From assembly GCA_965112155.1 (NCBI GenBank), contig OZ218099.1: 64,000 nucleotides of DNA. The stretch is one strand, 5' to 3'. The position numbers and the translations under genes were made by a program. Origin of the DNA: Podarcis liolepis (lineage: Eukaryota). Below are positions 51,113 through 63,615 of the stretch, one piece after another (within the stretch, counting starts at the first letter, position 1; every line of letters starts with the position of its first letter). The notes below the pieces were generated by a model, which was not told the origin of the DNA, made no database searches, and worked only from the letters and a program-made list of their open reading frames with translations.

Positions 51113-51237
51113 GACTTTTTCCAGCACCTTCAAGAAAAAAAGCCATGCAGCAAATGCCATGCAAGTTTGCTTGCTTCTTTAGGGTCACCAAAGAAAGAGG
51201 AGTTACATTTCAACAGTTAAATTTCATCAAGCGAATG
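51113..51237 (+). CDS. COX10: COX10 exon 2 (N-terminal presequence region); first in-frame ATG at 51145
   Basis: Acceptor ccccttacttgtag|G and donor ATG|gtaagt. Reads (G)LFPAPSRKKAMQQMPCKFACFFRVTKERGVTFQQLNFIKRM, resembling recalled human COX10 ...WITFQHFSFLKRM. Phase 1 start, phase 0 end, in frame with exon 3. Confidence 0.88.
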
Positions 51238-51813
51238 GTAAGTTGGTGTAATACTGTGTAGTGCTACAAAAGGCAGTGAAAATCAAAACTGCATTCATTG
51301 TACTGTATAGATTTCTCGCATAATAGTATTCATTACTTACAAAGGGAAAACAAAGACTATTCCATGAAACTTCTTGAAGGGAAAATAAATAAATAATGTG
51401 ATTAGAGCAGTGATGTGAGGTGAAGCTTTTTCTATAAATATCTGGTGTTAGTCATACACAGAATAGACTGATTAAAATCAGTGCACTTAAATCCCCTGAT
51501 TTCATTGTGTCTACTCTTGAGTTTGCTTTAGTTGCATATCAGCAACAAAGAACTTTCCTTGTTGAAACAGCATAAACAGTTTAATGCTCAAATTAAAACT
51601 ACTCTCTAGGCCACACTAGCTCAAGAGAGGTTTTCACCTTTCTGTGTATTTGGGATAATGTGACCTCTGTATCCAAGCAATGTGATAGAAACCGCATAAT
51701 CTAAAACTTTTGAGAATCTGAATTAAATTTGTAGATACTTACATAGCTTCATAGGCCCACAGAATCTATAATAAAAAGTAGTTTATTTTATTTTTATATT
51801 GTTTTTTTTTTAG

Positions 51814-52138
51814 TATGTAACCCAGCATAGCAAAGCCCTCAGCCAGCGAGCAAAGTTGAAGTCAGAATCAACTGCACCTCCTTTCCTTGAAGGCCAGCAT
51901 TCAGGTCAGGAAAAAACGGTTATCCATGAGGTGAGATCGGTTTCACCTCTTCTGCCGCCTTTATCTGAGAAACGAGTTATTAATGAATCTGAAGCACTGA
52001 AGTCCACAGTAATCGCCGGAGGCACAGGAACTGTAGTAGGACCTGCATCCAAGGAAGAAAAACAATGGAAAGAGATGAAACTAGAGCTGGATGATTTACC
52101 AGGCATTTTAGCTCGTTTGTCCAAAATCAAACTTACAG
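51814..52138 (+). CDS. COX10: COX10 exon 3
   Basis: Poly-T acceptor ttttttttag|TAT and donor ACAG|gtaata; 325 bp. Encodes YVTQHSKALSQRAKLKSESTAPPFLE...KEEKQWKEMKLELDDLPGILARLSKIKLT, matching the COX10 motif WKEMKL..DLPGILARLSKIKLT. Confidence 0.96.
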
Positions 52139-55100
52139 GTAATATTGTTATTCTTTCAGAGGTGTAGGTTATTGCAATATATATATATATATGTGCATGC
52201 TTCTCCTATTCTTGTTGTAAAAGCAAGGGCTGCAAAGTTCAATGGCATTTCTCTAAAATATGCATGTTTGGGATGTGCCATGTAGCCAGGCTTTGAAAGG
52301 TGAGTTCAGTTGAGGGTGACTCAATTGAGGATGATGGAGACATGTACTGTACAGCAGTTGTACTCTGATATGAGGAGTTCTTCCTTTATTACCTGTTTGG
52401 GCTGCCTTTTTTACATCCTGAGTTGGAGTGGAGCAGAGATTTCTATTTGTGTGCTTGTACCTGGAATTGTCAAGCAGAGTGTGTACAAGGGTTTAGAGAA
52501 GAAAGTAGAAAACCTAAGTTTAATATGCCCTTCCAACTTTGTGCAAGCAACAGACGGCTAAGTCCCCTTTCTCCAGTGTTCCCTTAAACAAACTGATGTG
52601 GAGAGAGAGAGAGTGAGTTCTATACTATGTGCTTTCTAGCATGAGTGGATTTATATACTGCTGCTGGTGTGCAGTAATGGGCAGTTATATTACATCGTGG
52701 CTCTGAAAATGGCGTGGGAGAAAGGGGGAAATCTTTTTGGCTCTCTGCTGAGCTCTTTAAGAGTGCATTAATTTAAAACACCTTTCTTGCTGGTTCATTA
52801 TGTTTTCTTTCTGAGTGAATAAGATTTGGGTGAGCATGACTCTAAATCTTGTTATTTAGTTATTTAGTTATTTAGTTATCAACCACTGCATCATCAAGCT
52901 ATATCACAGTTGTTTACAATATAAAAACAAAAAACCAAACAATAAAATTATAAAATGTTAAAAAGAAATCGAAACTTCCCTGCCTGACCTTTGATGGTGC
53001 CCATTTTTTTGCCCTTGCACCTGTTCTGGATAGATATAACCAGGGTGCTACAGCATAGTACTATACCTGATGTTGGTGTAACTTTCGGCTGTACAGGCAC
53101 AAGAGAACTTAGTCTGCATCCATTCCTTGTGCTGCCGGCATAAGTCATTTTTTTCTTTGTGCAGTTTAACCTTGATTTAAACAAACCTAGAGTTTCAGTA
53201 CCTTAAGCTGAGACTGTCTCAGGCCAAGTAATTGTGTAAGCAATCTATCTGTTAATACAAAATCAAAGCACTGTATCCAGTGGTCACACAAGTAGATGGC
53301 AGCTCACTCAACCAATCTTTCTCTTACTTGTTTCCCCCTGCAAAACCTCTTTGGAAGGTTGGGAGGGCCTTGCTAAAGAGTATGTAAGAGGCTGAAGGGA
53401 AGTAATCACCTCAAATCAGACAGGGAAGCTTGGCACAACCCAAAATAAGCATAAATGAGAACCCATATTTGCAGCGGTTGTGTGGGTTGAATTTTAGAAC
53501 TAAATATACTTGCTACACATAGTGGATGATGATCGTAGATGCTAATAATGTGCCTCACATGGGTCAAGTAGGCTATTACAATTTTAATTCATTGATTTAT
53601 TTAAATTAAATACCGCTCTTCATCCAAAGATCGCAGGGCAGTTTACAACACACAAAACCAAAATGCAAAACATAACAAAAACAGAAATAAATACACTCCC
53701 CCCCCCAACACCATTAAAAGGCCATATATTGTTTTAATACCCAATGGCCTGGTTGAAGAGGAAGGTTTTCCCGTGGTGCCTAAGGACAAGTGAACATTCA
53801 AAAGAAGTAATTGTTCTGAAGCTTGGGAATATTGTATGTTCACTTTTTAGGAATTTGGGTTATTTATACCAAGTACTGTAAAGTCTGAATAGAGAATAAG
53901 CATTGGCTTATATTTTGCTTCATTGATAGAATGCTTCTTTATTTAATTAAGTTACTGAGAGCAGAAATTAGTTCTTAAACATTTAAATCTCCTAGACGTT
54001 TTAATAAAAAACTCATTATCTTATTTCGCTCCCTAATACTGGTTACAAAACGTTTCTAGGCGGCTCTAATTTTAGTTGTTGTTCTCCTACCAAGAATATA
54101 ATATAGTCCTCCTAGACTTTGCAGTGGTGCACATTCCACCAAATGTATTCCATAGATTTTACAGATTCTTGATAGATACCATATTGTAGTTTCATAAAGA
54201 ATTATTTTTCTTGATGCACAGAGGAAGCAAAATAAAAGAGTTCGCACTTCAGCCTCTCTTCCTCCAAAAGTTCTCTGATATAACATAGTATCACAATCTG
54301 CTTTATTTTTAGGGCTCCTGCTTAGTTTCTGCAAGAAGTGTTACGAACATTTGTTTCAAATTACTGTTAAATGCAAGAATGCTTTAAGTACTTAGCCTCT
54401 TTTTAATGTTCATGCTGTAACCTCTAATGAAACATATATAACTACTCCAAACAAATCTAGGCTTACTAAGTAAACAAATTGGTGAGTCTCCTACCACTAG
54501 CATTACTCTTATATTTAGTGTTTCAGTGAACAAAGTGTGAGAATGTAAGGAGAAAAACATTCATGCCAAGCGCTTTAGGAGAATGGTAGCTTTCCTTGGG
54601 GAAATATTAAAACCTGCAGTAATATGATCAAATTCCTCTCCCACAAATTAAATAAGAAACACACCTTTTTCTGCAGCTTAGTTTTAGCATAGAAGTTCTG
54701 AAGCGTAGGGATTTCATTTTAAAAGCTCAAATGAAAAAGGCTGGGATTAAAATTTAATTTTCTATATTTTAAATGTTCTAAGAGTTTGGGTTTTTATTTT
54801 CTTGCCACTATTGGAAAGTCATAAGCAACCTTGAGATGGGCATATATAGATATATATATTTTAGTGTACAGTATATGACAAACTAGTAGAATGTGAGTAT
54901 GTTTGTCATTCACATTTAACTTTAGCTGTCAATGTGCAATCTGCAGACTCTTTTCCTTTAAAGTTTGGAGTCAATGGGAAAGGTGTAGCCACTTTTACAT
55001 CTAGATGTAGCTGCTTTTTGCAGGTATTGGCTGTGTGATCAAGTTCCCCAAGCACTCCTGAAGTTGCCAGCCATTAGCTGATGGGTGGTGACTTCAGTCC

Positions 55101-56634
55101 TTCTTGCTGTAGGGATCAATTTCCTCAAGGGGAACCTGATTGCACAGGCAATCCAGCCATGTCTCTAGCTGCCCCACCCTATCCTTAGGGTATGGATAGG
55201 TACATATGGAAGGATGCATTCCATTAGATACCGAGTTCTCAAGCTGTTTTAAGATGTCATGGGCCAAAACCAGGACCTCTACCTGGGCTCAGCAATGAAG
55301 CTAATGCACTTAAGGGAGGACTGAGAAAGAATTAAAGAATTCTGAATCAATTATTTTGTTTTGAATACAGTAACTGAACTGAGATCACAGTTCTTCATAC
55401 AAAATTAACTTCTGCCCCAACTCCAATTTTCATTTGAGCAGTAAAATGTAGGGTTTGGTGGGAAGAGTCAGTTTGTTGCCATCAAACAACAATGTTAGAA
55501 GTTTGAAATCTTTGCTGATCTATTTCAAATCACCCAGAGTTTTACCTCCCCACCCACTCTACTTTATAGTAGGCAGCTCTAAAAGTTAGAAAGGCATAGA
55601 TGAAGGTCTCTAGGTCGGAATTTGAGGTGTGCACTTAAAGCTTGCTTTAGCCAAGGCCCTGATGATGCACTTGACAGCATAAACTTTGTTTTATGAGTGT
55701 GGGATACTGGGCAAGCTTACAGAAATATCTATTCCAGTTGGATAAATGAGAATGTAGTGCAGCTGCTTTTAATGAGATCCTGATAAGTCGCAATGAAATG
55801 ACTGCCTGAAATTAATCTGGAGAAATCAATGGAGACTTTAATTAGAACACTGGCTACAGTATGTTAGAACTTCTTTGAGGGTCATTGTAATGATAATGCC
55901 ATACAGACAGCTCCCCCTCCCTCCTTCTATAAATGAACTGGTGTTTTGTTAAAATAAATAGATTTTGAGTATTCGCTCTGATAAATTTAATTAAAACTTC
56001 TTGTCAGAATTTAAAGGAAGGCATTTACCTTTACTAATGGAAACCCAGTGTTTCTGACAGAACTCAAATAGGAAGGCAGCAAAATATGTCGTTTGTGATT
56101 TTTTTCTTCTGGCACCACCATTGACTTACCTCTCCACCTCCATCTTTCCTTTATTTAATTTCAGCCTTAATTTTTTCATTATGCTGTTTTTTAACTGTCA
56201 TAAGGCTAGAAGGGTGGAAGAGAGAGCTGAAGTAGTGTGATAGTGGTTGCACATGTGACTTTAGCTTCCTGGTTATGGGAATATGCCTAGTTGCTTGGTG
56301 AAATGGATACTCACCCTAGGCAAGTTGCTAAAGGCCACATGCAGAGAGCATACTACTATGTGCCAACATGGGAACACACCCTCATATTTTTGAGAGCAGG
56401 AGCAGCTTCTTCTATTTCCCCTGTTTTAATCATGAAGGCAGGGGGGAGGACACTGTTTTCATGGCAGTATTATCAAAAAGAGTAAGGATGACTCAGAGCT
56501 GGAAAGCCTCAAAGTTGTCTGTGATGAAGTTGTCTTTATAATATTGTAATTGATATACAGTGGTTCCAGCTGCAAAACTGTAAGTGATGTATTTTATTAA
56601 CATATTGGTACTAAAGTGTGTGTTTGCATTACAG

Positions 56635-56759
56635 CCCTGGTTGTAAGTACTGCCTCAGCTGGATTTGCAATGGCACCTGTACCGTTTGACCTAACTTGTT
56701 TCCTGCTTGCCTCCCTTGGAACAGGCCTATCGTCCTGCGCTGCTAATTCCATCAACCAG
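56635..56759 (+). CDS. COX10: COX10 exon 4 (start of the UbiA prenyltransferase transmembrane domain)
   Basis: Acceptor tttgcattacag|CC and donor CAG|gttggt; 125 bp. Encodes (A)[41 protein letters not shown], close to vertebrate COX10. Phase fits exon 3. Confidence 0.97.
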
Positions 56760-57294
56760 GTTGGTGCTTCATCATTATCTTGTCTTCACAGCTCAGTGCT
56801 ATGAATATACAAAGTTACTCATTTTTGCAATTCCTGTGTGATGATAGATCAAAATATGAACATCAAGCATAACATGTTTATTTGGGAACACGAGTTAAGA
56901 CAGCATTAAAGCCTTGTCAAAGTGGTGCTACTTTTGATGGTATAAAAGCGGCAGTCGGGGTGCAAGCAGTATTTCTGGCTCCCAAGGACTCCACCTATTT
57001 TGGCAGCGGTAGTAAAAATAAACAAAATAGACAAAGTGCTGGGTTGGAGGGAACTGAGGAAAATTCAGGTGTATATTCTTGAAACTATGGTTTATTGTTA
57101 TATGAATAAGGTGCTTCTGCCATCTAATGGGAGGGAATTTCAAAGGGTAGGTACTGCCATGCTAAAGGTGCAATTCTGAGATCGTGTGGAATGGACCTTT
57201 GGATAGGTTTGTATCAGCTGGATGCCCTCCTGCAGAATATAGTGGTCAGCTGGGTATGTAGGGGATGAGATTATCTTTTTGGTACCCTGTTCTC

Positions 57295-57840
57295 ATGCTG
57301 CATAAGGCTTTTTAGTCCAGTACAGCACTTTGAACCTAGCCTGGTAGCTAATTTGCAGCCAGTGCAATTCTTTCAGCAGTGGTGTAATCTGATTGTGATA
57401 TTCCAGCCTACTGAGTGATCAAGCTGCCACCTTTTGCACTAGTTGCAGCTCCTAGGGCAGCCCCACATAAGCACATTGCAGAAATCCCATCTGGAGTTAT
57501 GAGCACATAGCCAACAGTGGTCAGGCTATCCTGATACACAAATGGCTGGAGCTGTTTTACCAACCCAAGCTGATAAAATGCACTCCTAGCCACCAAGGCC
57601 TTTAGTGACAGATATAGATCCAGAAGTGCTCCCAGATTATGAGCCTGCTCTTTCAGTGAGAGCATGACCCCATCCAAAGCAAGGAGTGGACTAATTTTCT
57701 GGACTCGGGAACTACTTACCCACAGCAAGTCCATCTTTAGAGGTTGGTTCATTGGCTGTCATTCAACGACTGAATCCAGGCACTGGTCCAGGGCTTGCAT
57801 GGCTTCTCCTGATTCAGATGTTACAGAGAAATAGAACTGG
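57295..57840 (-). mobile_element. L2 LINE fragment in COX10 intron 4
   Basis: Translation LDGVMLSLKEQAHNLGALLD...ARSAFYQLGLVKQLQP resembles the L2 RT C-terminal region; frameshifted. Confidence 0.8.
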
Positions 57841-57899
57841 CTTTTAGTAGTAGTAATACTACTAATCATGTGTATAGGGCAGAGCTCACAGAGCCTTTA

Positions 57900-58141
57900 C
57901 AGTGGTAGCTCCGGTTTCGAACTTAATTCGTTCTGGAGGTCTGTTCTTAAGCCGAAACCGTTCATAACCTGAGGCACGCTTTCACTAATGGCGCCTCCCG
58001 CTCCTGCTGCGCTGCCAGCACGCAACTTCCACTCGCATCTCGGGGCAAAGTTCACAACCAGGAGCATCTACTTCTGGTTTAGCGTAGCTCGTAACCCGAA
58101 GCGTTTGCAAGGAGGATGGTATGTAACACAAGGTTCCACTG
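57900..58141. mobile_element. Tc1/pogo-type MITE (left member of a pair)
   Basis: TA|CAGTGGTAGCT ... AGGTTCCACTG|TA; shares TA 58142-58143 with the next element. Confidence 0.8.
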
Positions 58142-58143
58142 TA

Positions 58144-58369
58144 CAGTGATATCTCAGGTTACAGACGCTTCAGGTTACAGACGCTTCAGGATACAGACTC
58201 CACTAACCCAGAAATAGTACCTCGGGTTAAGAACTTTGCTTCAGGATGAGAACAGAAATCGTGCAGCAGCAGCGCGGTGGCAGCAGGAGGCCCCCATTAG
58301 CTAAAGTGGTGCTTCAGGTTAAGAACAGACCTCCAGAACGAATTAAGTTCTTAACCTGAGGTACCACTG
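58144..58369. mobile_element. Tc1/pogo-type MITE (right member), same family as 17596
   Basis: TA|CAGTGATATCTCAGGTTA ... TAACCTGAGGTACCACTG|TA. Confidence 0.85.
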
Positions 58370-58807
58370 TATAGTTTTTTAAAAAACGTATTTCTTAGTT
58401 TACAAAAGTATGTGCAATGTCTCTTTTTTCCAGTTGCATTTTCTACAGATTAATTTCATTTGTTGTGAGACATTAGTGTTACATTAGGAAGGAAAGGGGG
58501 AAAGAAGTAGAGGGGGGAATGGTGAGTGGGGTGGGGTCGGGTGGCAATGCTTCTGTTCTACTTAATGTATGTGAGCGTTTATAGTTTTTGTGCTTTCCCT
58601 CAAAATATACCTGTGGAGTAGGTTACTGGTTGTTACTGAGGCTGAGTGACAGATTACTTTCGTGTGATGTCGGCATCACAAAAGAGCCAAACTACACATG
58701 ACATAATATCAGAATATGCAACTATGGTGATGCAGTATAGTTGCAGGAGGTCCTTCTTGCAACAAGTCAGGTGGAGGCAACATCACTGAACAAGTGACAA
58801 ATACAAA

Positions 58808-58958
58808 GTCGTAGAATCGTAGAATTGTAGAGTTGGAAGAGACACTGAGCATCATCTAGTCCAGCCCCCTGCCATGCAGGAATATGCAGTTGCCCCATAC
58901 AGGGATCGAACCTGCAACCTTGGCATTATCAGCACCACATTCTTAACAAGCTGAGCTC
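58808..58958 (-). mobile_element. Second copy of the tRNA-Ile/CR1-tail SINE
   Basis: Reverse complement matches 4202-4355 (gggatcgaacctgcaaccttggcattatcagcaccaca; tail gtagaatcgtagaattgtagagttggaag). Confidence 0.8.
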
Positions 58959-59920
58959 CACCAAAGTCTTGAACAAAAGGCTTGTTGAGCAAGAAGATTT
59001 GTATATGTGTAATATAATGCACCACCCTCAAGTCCGGGGGGGGGGGGTAGAATAGGAAAGAAATCCCAATGATTAATTGCCCATTTCTGTTTTATTAAAC
59101 AAGCAGGGGGGCGGGATGGAAATCCCACCCTGTGATGTGATCCTGGAGGCAAATTATGTTTTCCTCAGTCTCAGTCGCTTTACCTAACCTGCTTTTACTT
59201 TAGTTCAATACCCATTTTAGGGTTGTAAACCTGTTTTCTGATCTCCTTATGAAAACTGAAAATCAAGCTTTTGTAGTGTCAGATCTTTATGTAGAAAGAA
59301 TATCTTTTTTTGGAGTTCAGAGATTGATTTATGGCACTGCCATGCAGATAAAACGTGTAGTGTTGTTTACAACAAAACGTACAACATTGAAATATTGAAA
59401 GATTGCATGTTCCTCTTAGAAGTCAAGTGTATTCTTCTGAGACTGTGGAATGGTTCAAAGTGGGAGAAGATTGTAAAGATGAAAGCAGGATGTTTAAAAT
59501 GGTTTGAATTTAGTAGCTGAAAGATAAACTGCTGTGGTTAGGTTTGAGTGATAGTACCTTGAGAAAGAAGCAGATGGAATTGCATATCTTGTACTGAACT
59601 TCTAAAACTTACAGTGGAAATTAAAGAAAACAACACACAGGGAAAGAGAACAAATCAAAAGTGATGATATACTAACCCCTTCTGATTTGTGGGGGGCAGG
59701 AAGGGGAATGTTTGCCTCAAATAATTGTATTGCACATCTGCAATAGCTGTACTTCTGGCATTTGATGTAAAATGCTTGCTAATTTTTGTTCTTATAAACC
59801 TTTCTTAAAATTAATAAAGAAAAGCCAGAAGATGGGTGGTTGTGCCTAGCCTAGCCTAGCCTAGCTCTCCATGCACTGGCAGCACTAAAATGCATTGTAC
59901 CTGGGCTTCCCTTTGAGGAC

Positions 59921-60231
59921 CAGTGGGTTTTCAGCTGGAACCCACTGGAACTGAGTTCTAGCACCTCTTAGTTGTGTTCCGGCAGCTCTGTAGTGTGGTG
60001 GTCTCACTCCCCTGCACGGCGCTCAGGGCTGCGCGGCAGGGGCGGTGGGTGGCAGGGCAATTTCAGTGATGCGATGGCGGTGTAGGTTGGTGGCAAAAGT
60101 TTTAAAATTTTCCCTGGGGCTTTGGGTCAAGCGGGTGCGCCCCCTAAAGAAAGCTCAACAACTTTGGGTGGGTGCTCCCCCTAAAAAAAGGGAGAGTTCT
60201 GGAACCTCATTTTCTATTAAAAAAAGCCCTG
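59921..60231. mobile_element. hAT MITE in COX10 intron 4
   Basis: CAG...CTG ends; perfect 8-bp TSD ttgaggac (59913-59920 / 60232-60239). Confidence 0.75.
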
Positions 60232-61454
60232 TTGAGGACCATTTGGAAACTACAATTAGTGCAAAACACAGAAACATATTTATTAGGCAGAAACGGATAT
60301 TTTCCAGTTTTGAAACAATACCTCAGATTCCATTTCATTTATCACAGTGTTGGTTTTGATCTAGATGTTACCTTAGATATAGGCTTCCACATTTTGATCA
60401 CCATGACAACTGTGTCATTTCCCTCTAGTGAGCCCAGTTATACTCTAATCGTGATGCTGCAGAAGTGTGTAGGGTTCATCCTGGAGGTTGTGCAGCCATC
60501 TTAGTTCCAACTTTGGCAGGACAGCTGGAGATGGTTTGCTGAGACACCATACAGGGCCAAAGTGGCGCTTGTTCCAATTCCCTTCTCTGGAGCACTTCCT
60601 TAGCCAAACTGGTAAGCTCCATGCATCTCTTTCCTACAGGAAAGTGTGGTGGTGGTGTTCTTGGCTACTGTGGTGTTGAGCTCTTGACATTTGTTTCATT
60701 CTATAGTTTAATTTTGTTTTTTGCTGTCTGTTAGGCTAGCTTCAGTTGAAGGACAGTGATTCTTATGCCTGGATACATATGAAAAAGCTATGTAAGATCT
60801 TTCCTATGTTTACGCTGGGCAAGATCCAATTGCAGGCTTGGAGCAGGCCCATTGAAGTCATTGGACTGAAGTCCATTAATCGTGAAATGGATCTGTTCTG
60901 TTTATCTGTTCCGTTTATTCTCAACCGCAGATGACCAGGTTAGGAATGAATACCAGGATTTTAATATTTTGACATGTTGAGTCTTCCTGAACTTCACCTA
61001 TTTGAAGCTTAGAAAGACAAAGGGAGGCTATTCAGTTAGTGGTGCTTGTTCTTGGTTTTGCCTCTGGCCACCTGCCATACCAGAGAGAAAGAGATCTGAG
61101 TTATGTGGGCGCATGGTGTGGTTTTGGTTTCCTGCGGGAGGGGTGCCAGCAAAGCAAGAAACCAGTGAAAACTGATGGGGCTTCCTGTTGGTCACAAGCC
61201 TTATCAGTCCATACCGGCTGGAGTGTTGGAATGCACAGTCCACACAGCTAACCACATTGTATTAATTAGGAGGGAGCAGGTCGGCTCACTGCCTTCTGTC
61301 TTCAACAGAACGTAGAAGGAGCATGTTCTTCACTGCCTTTACTTCCTTTGGAAGGGGGGAAAAAAGCTTTAAGACAAGGTTTGAACAACCACAAACATCT
61401 GAATACTGGATTCATTTAGTTTAGAGAAACTATTCTGTGAGATTCTGAGCAGTG

Positions 61455-61458
<4 letters not shown>

Positions 61459-61510
<52 letters not shown>
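61459..61510. repeat. (CT)n(CA)n compound microsatellite
   Basis: Direct reading. Confidence 0.95.
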
Positions 61511-61513
<3 letters not shown>

Positions 61514-63039
61514 GAAGTGCTTTTTCTCCTGTGTATGGCATGGTGAGACAACTTGTAGCTGCCTGGAATTTTTTGAAATTAATAGAGAATGGAGAGCCAA
61601 TGTGCTTGACTTCTGTATAGTTCATTTGAGATTAACACCTGATGCATCTCTGTCTGTCTTTCTCTGAAGTTTCCTTTTGTTTTGACTGAGCAGACGGCCT
61701 GCAGCAGGCAGCGCTTCCTTTCATCTTCCTCTGATGATGAAAAGATTGCCAAGTGGTGGTTATTAAAACCTGGTGTTTAAGCTCTGGAGTGCAAGGCTGT
61801 CAGTGTAGGAGGCAGCCAATGATGTAATTTACAGTATATAATAAATATAGGAGAAGTGCAACACTGGAAGTCTATCTCCGTGCTCAAAAATGTTCTGATA
61901 TATGCTGCTTTGATATTTTAACTGCTTGGCAACCTTCATTAGTGGTTACTGTGAGGATCATAAGTTATGGCTAGTCCGATGATTCATAATTGTAACTCCG
62001 CTAAATCGGTGAGCATCAAGAAATCCTCAATACTGAAGACGAATAGTTTGACCAGTGATGGTATTATTTCATGAGCTGCGAAAATGATGAGCACTTAGAG
62101 ACCCAACCTCCACAAGTACAATAAATTTTAAATGCAGAGATCATCTTTCTAAAGCATAAATTATTTGACCTGTGGCTGAAACTTGATAAAGGATCTTGGG
62201 AAGAATGTTATAAATTAGTGGGTGCCGTTGTTAGGAGAGTGTCTCAGATAATAAGCATAACCAAGGGAGGAGGGAAACCTTTGCAAGCATTTTTGTTGTG
62301 TGCATGCATTATATTTTGAATTAAATGTCCTGGCAAGGATGAAAAAAATAGCTGTAGAAACAAACTGGAGAAAGTAACAAGTTATTTTCCTTTTCACAAA
62401 TTGTTTCATTTAGTCATGCTTATTTATAAATATGAAGCATGTCAATGTGGAGCAACATTCATCCTGTGAATCCCAAGTATACTTTGGAGACGGCATGGCT
62501 GCTGAGAGTTTTGAGTGTGTACTGCCAAACATTTCTGGTATGAGTCAGGGTGACAAAAGCCTAACTTACCTGCTTCATAACAAAGCACTGTATGCAACAG
62601 AGATGTAAAGTGGGACTGCATCGTATTTTTCTGCTATTTATACCCACACTGCTGTTTTAGCATTGCTTGATAGTGTCTATATGCACAAAGGGAGATGCAT
62701 TCCTATATAATTTTAAAAAAACAGGCTCTGATAACTCACTGCAGAGACCCTCTTAAAATACTGTAGCTGAGAGCAGCCTCCTGCATTAACTTAGAAAGCC
62801 CATTGTGCGTGCGCATGTGTGTATACAGGTGATTTCATGTTCGCATTACAAAACTTCCAACAAAATTTTGGTTTTGTAAGAAACAATGTAAAGCAAAATT
62901 CTCCCCTCATAATAAACATCAATCAGAAGAAGATCAGAATGCAGGTAATATGGGAACAACTTGCCCTTTTCTTTTGTACAATAATTAATAGAAGATTCCC
63001 CCCTTTAAATTAAGGATTGCCTGAGACACGTGAAGATGG

Positions 63040-63615
63040 GACATAACAGAAAAGTACAAAATAAGGAGACAAAATACATAATAAAACAAAAACAAACCAA
63101 TAATCCCCCTCCCACAAGCATATTTTAGATGCCATGGAATGTTAATCAGCCAAACAGCTGGTTGAAGAGCAATGTTTTCGCCGGCACCTAAATATATATA
63201 ATGAAGGCACCAGGCAAGCCTCCCTGGGGAGAGCATTCCATTAACCTTCCAAGATCTCTCATCGAGGAGGCACACAAAGAAGGGCCTATGATGATGATCA
63301 CAGGGTCTGTGTCAGTTCATATGGGGAGACGGTGTCCTTGAGGTATTGCGGTCCTGAGTCATTTAAAGCTTTACAGGTCAAAACCAGAACTTTGAATTGG
63401 GCCCAGAACTGTCTTCAGAGACAGCCCTACATATCATGTGTTGCATTAATCTAACCTAGAGGTTTGCAGTGCATAGACAAGAGAGGTTAGGCTACCCCTG
63501 TCCAGATGGAGTACAGAAGGGCCACCAGCAGAAGCTGATGGAAAGCACTCTGCCGCACTGAGGCCACCAGAGCCTCAAGCGACAGCAAAGGATCCAGAAA
63601 GAACCCCAAGCTACA
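63040..63615 (-). mobile_element. L2 LINE fragment in COX10 intron 4
   Basis: Similar to 14170-14630 (cagttcatatggggaga..ttgaggtattg..gtcctgag..atttaa..ttgggcccagaa). Confidence 0.75.

Noticed and set aside
61560-61620. FFEIN.. peptide as COX10 exon 5
   Set aside because: Exon 5 should read [21 protein letters not shown]; the sequence does not continue that way and has no proper acceptor.
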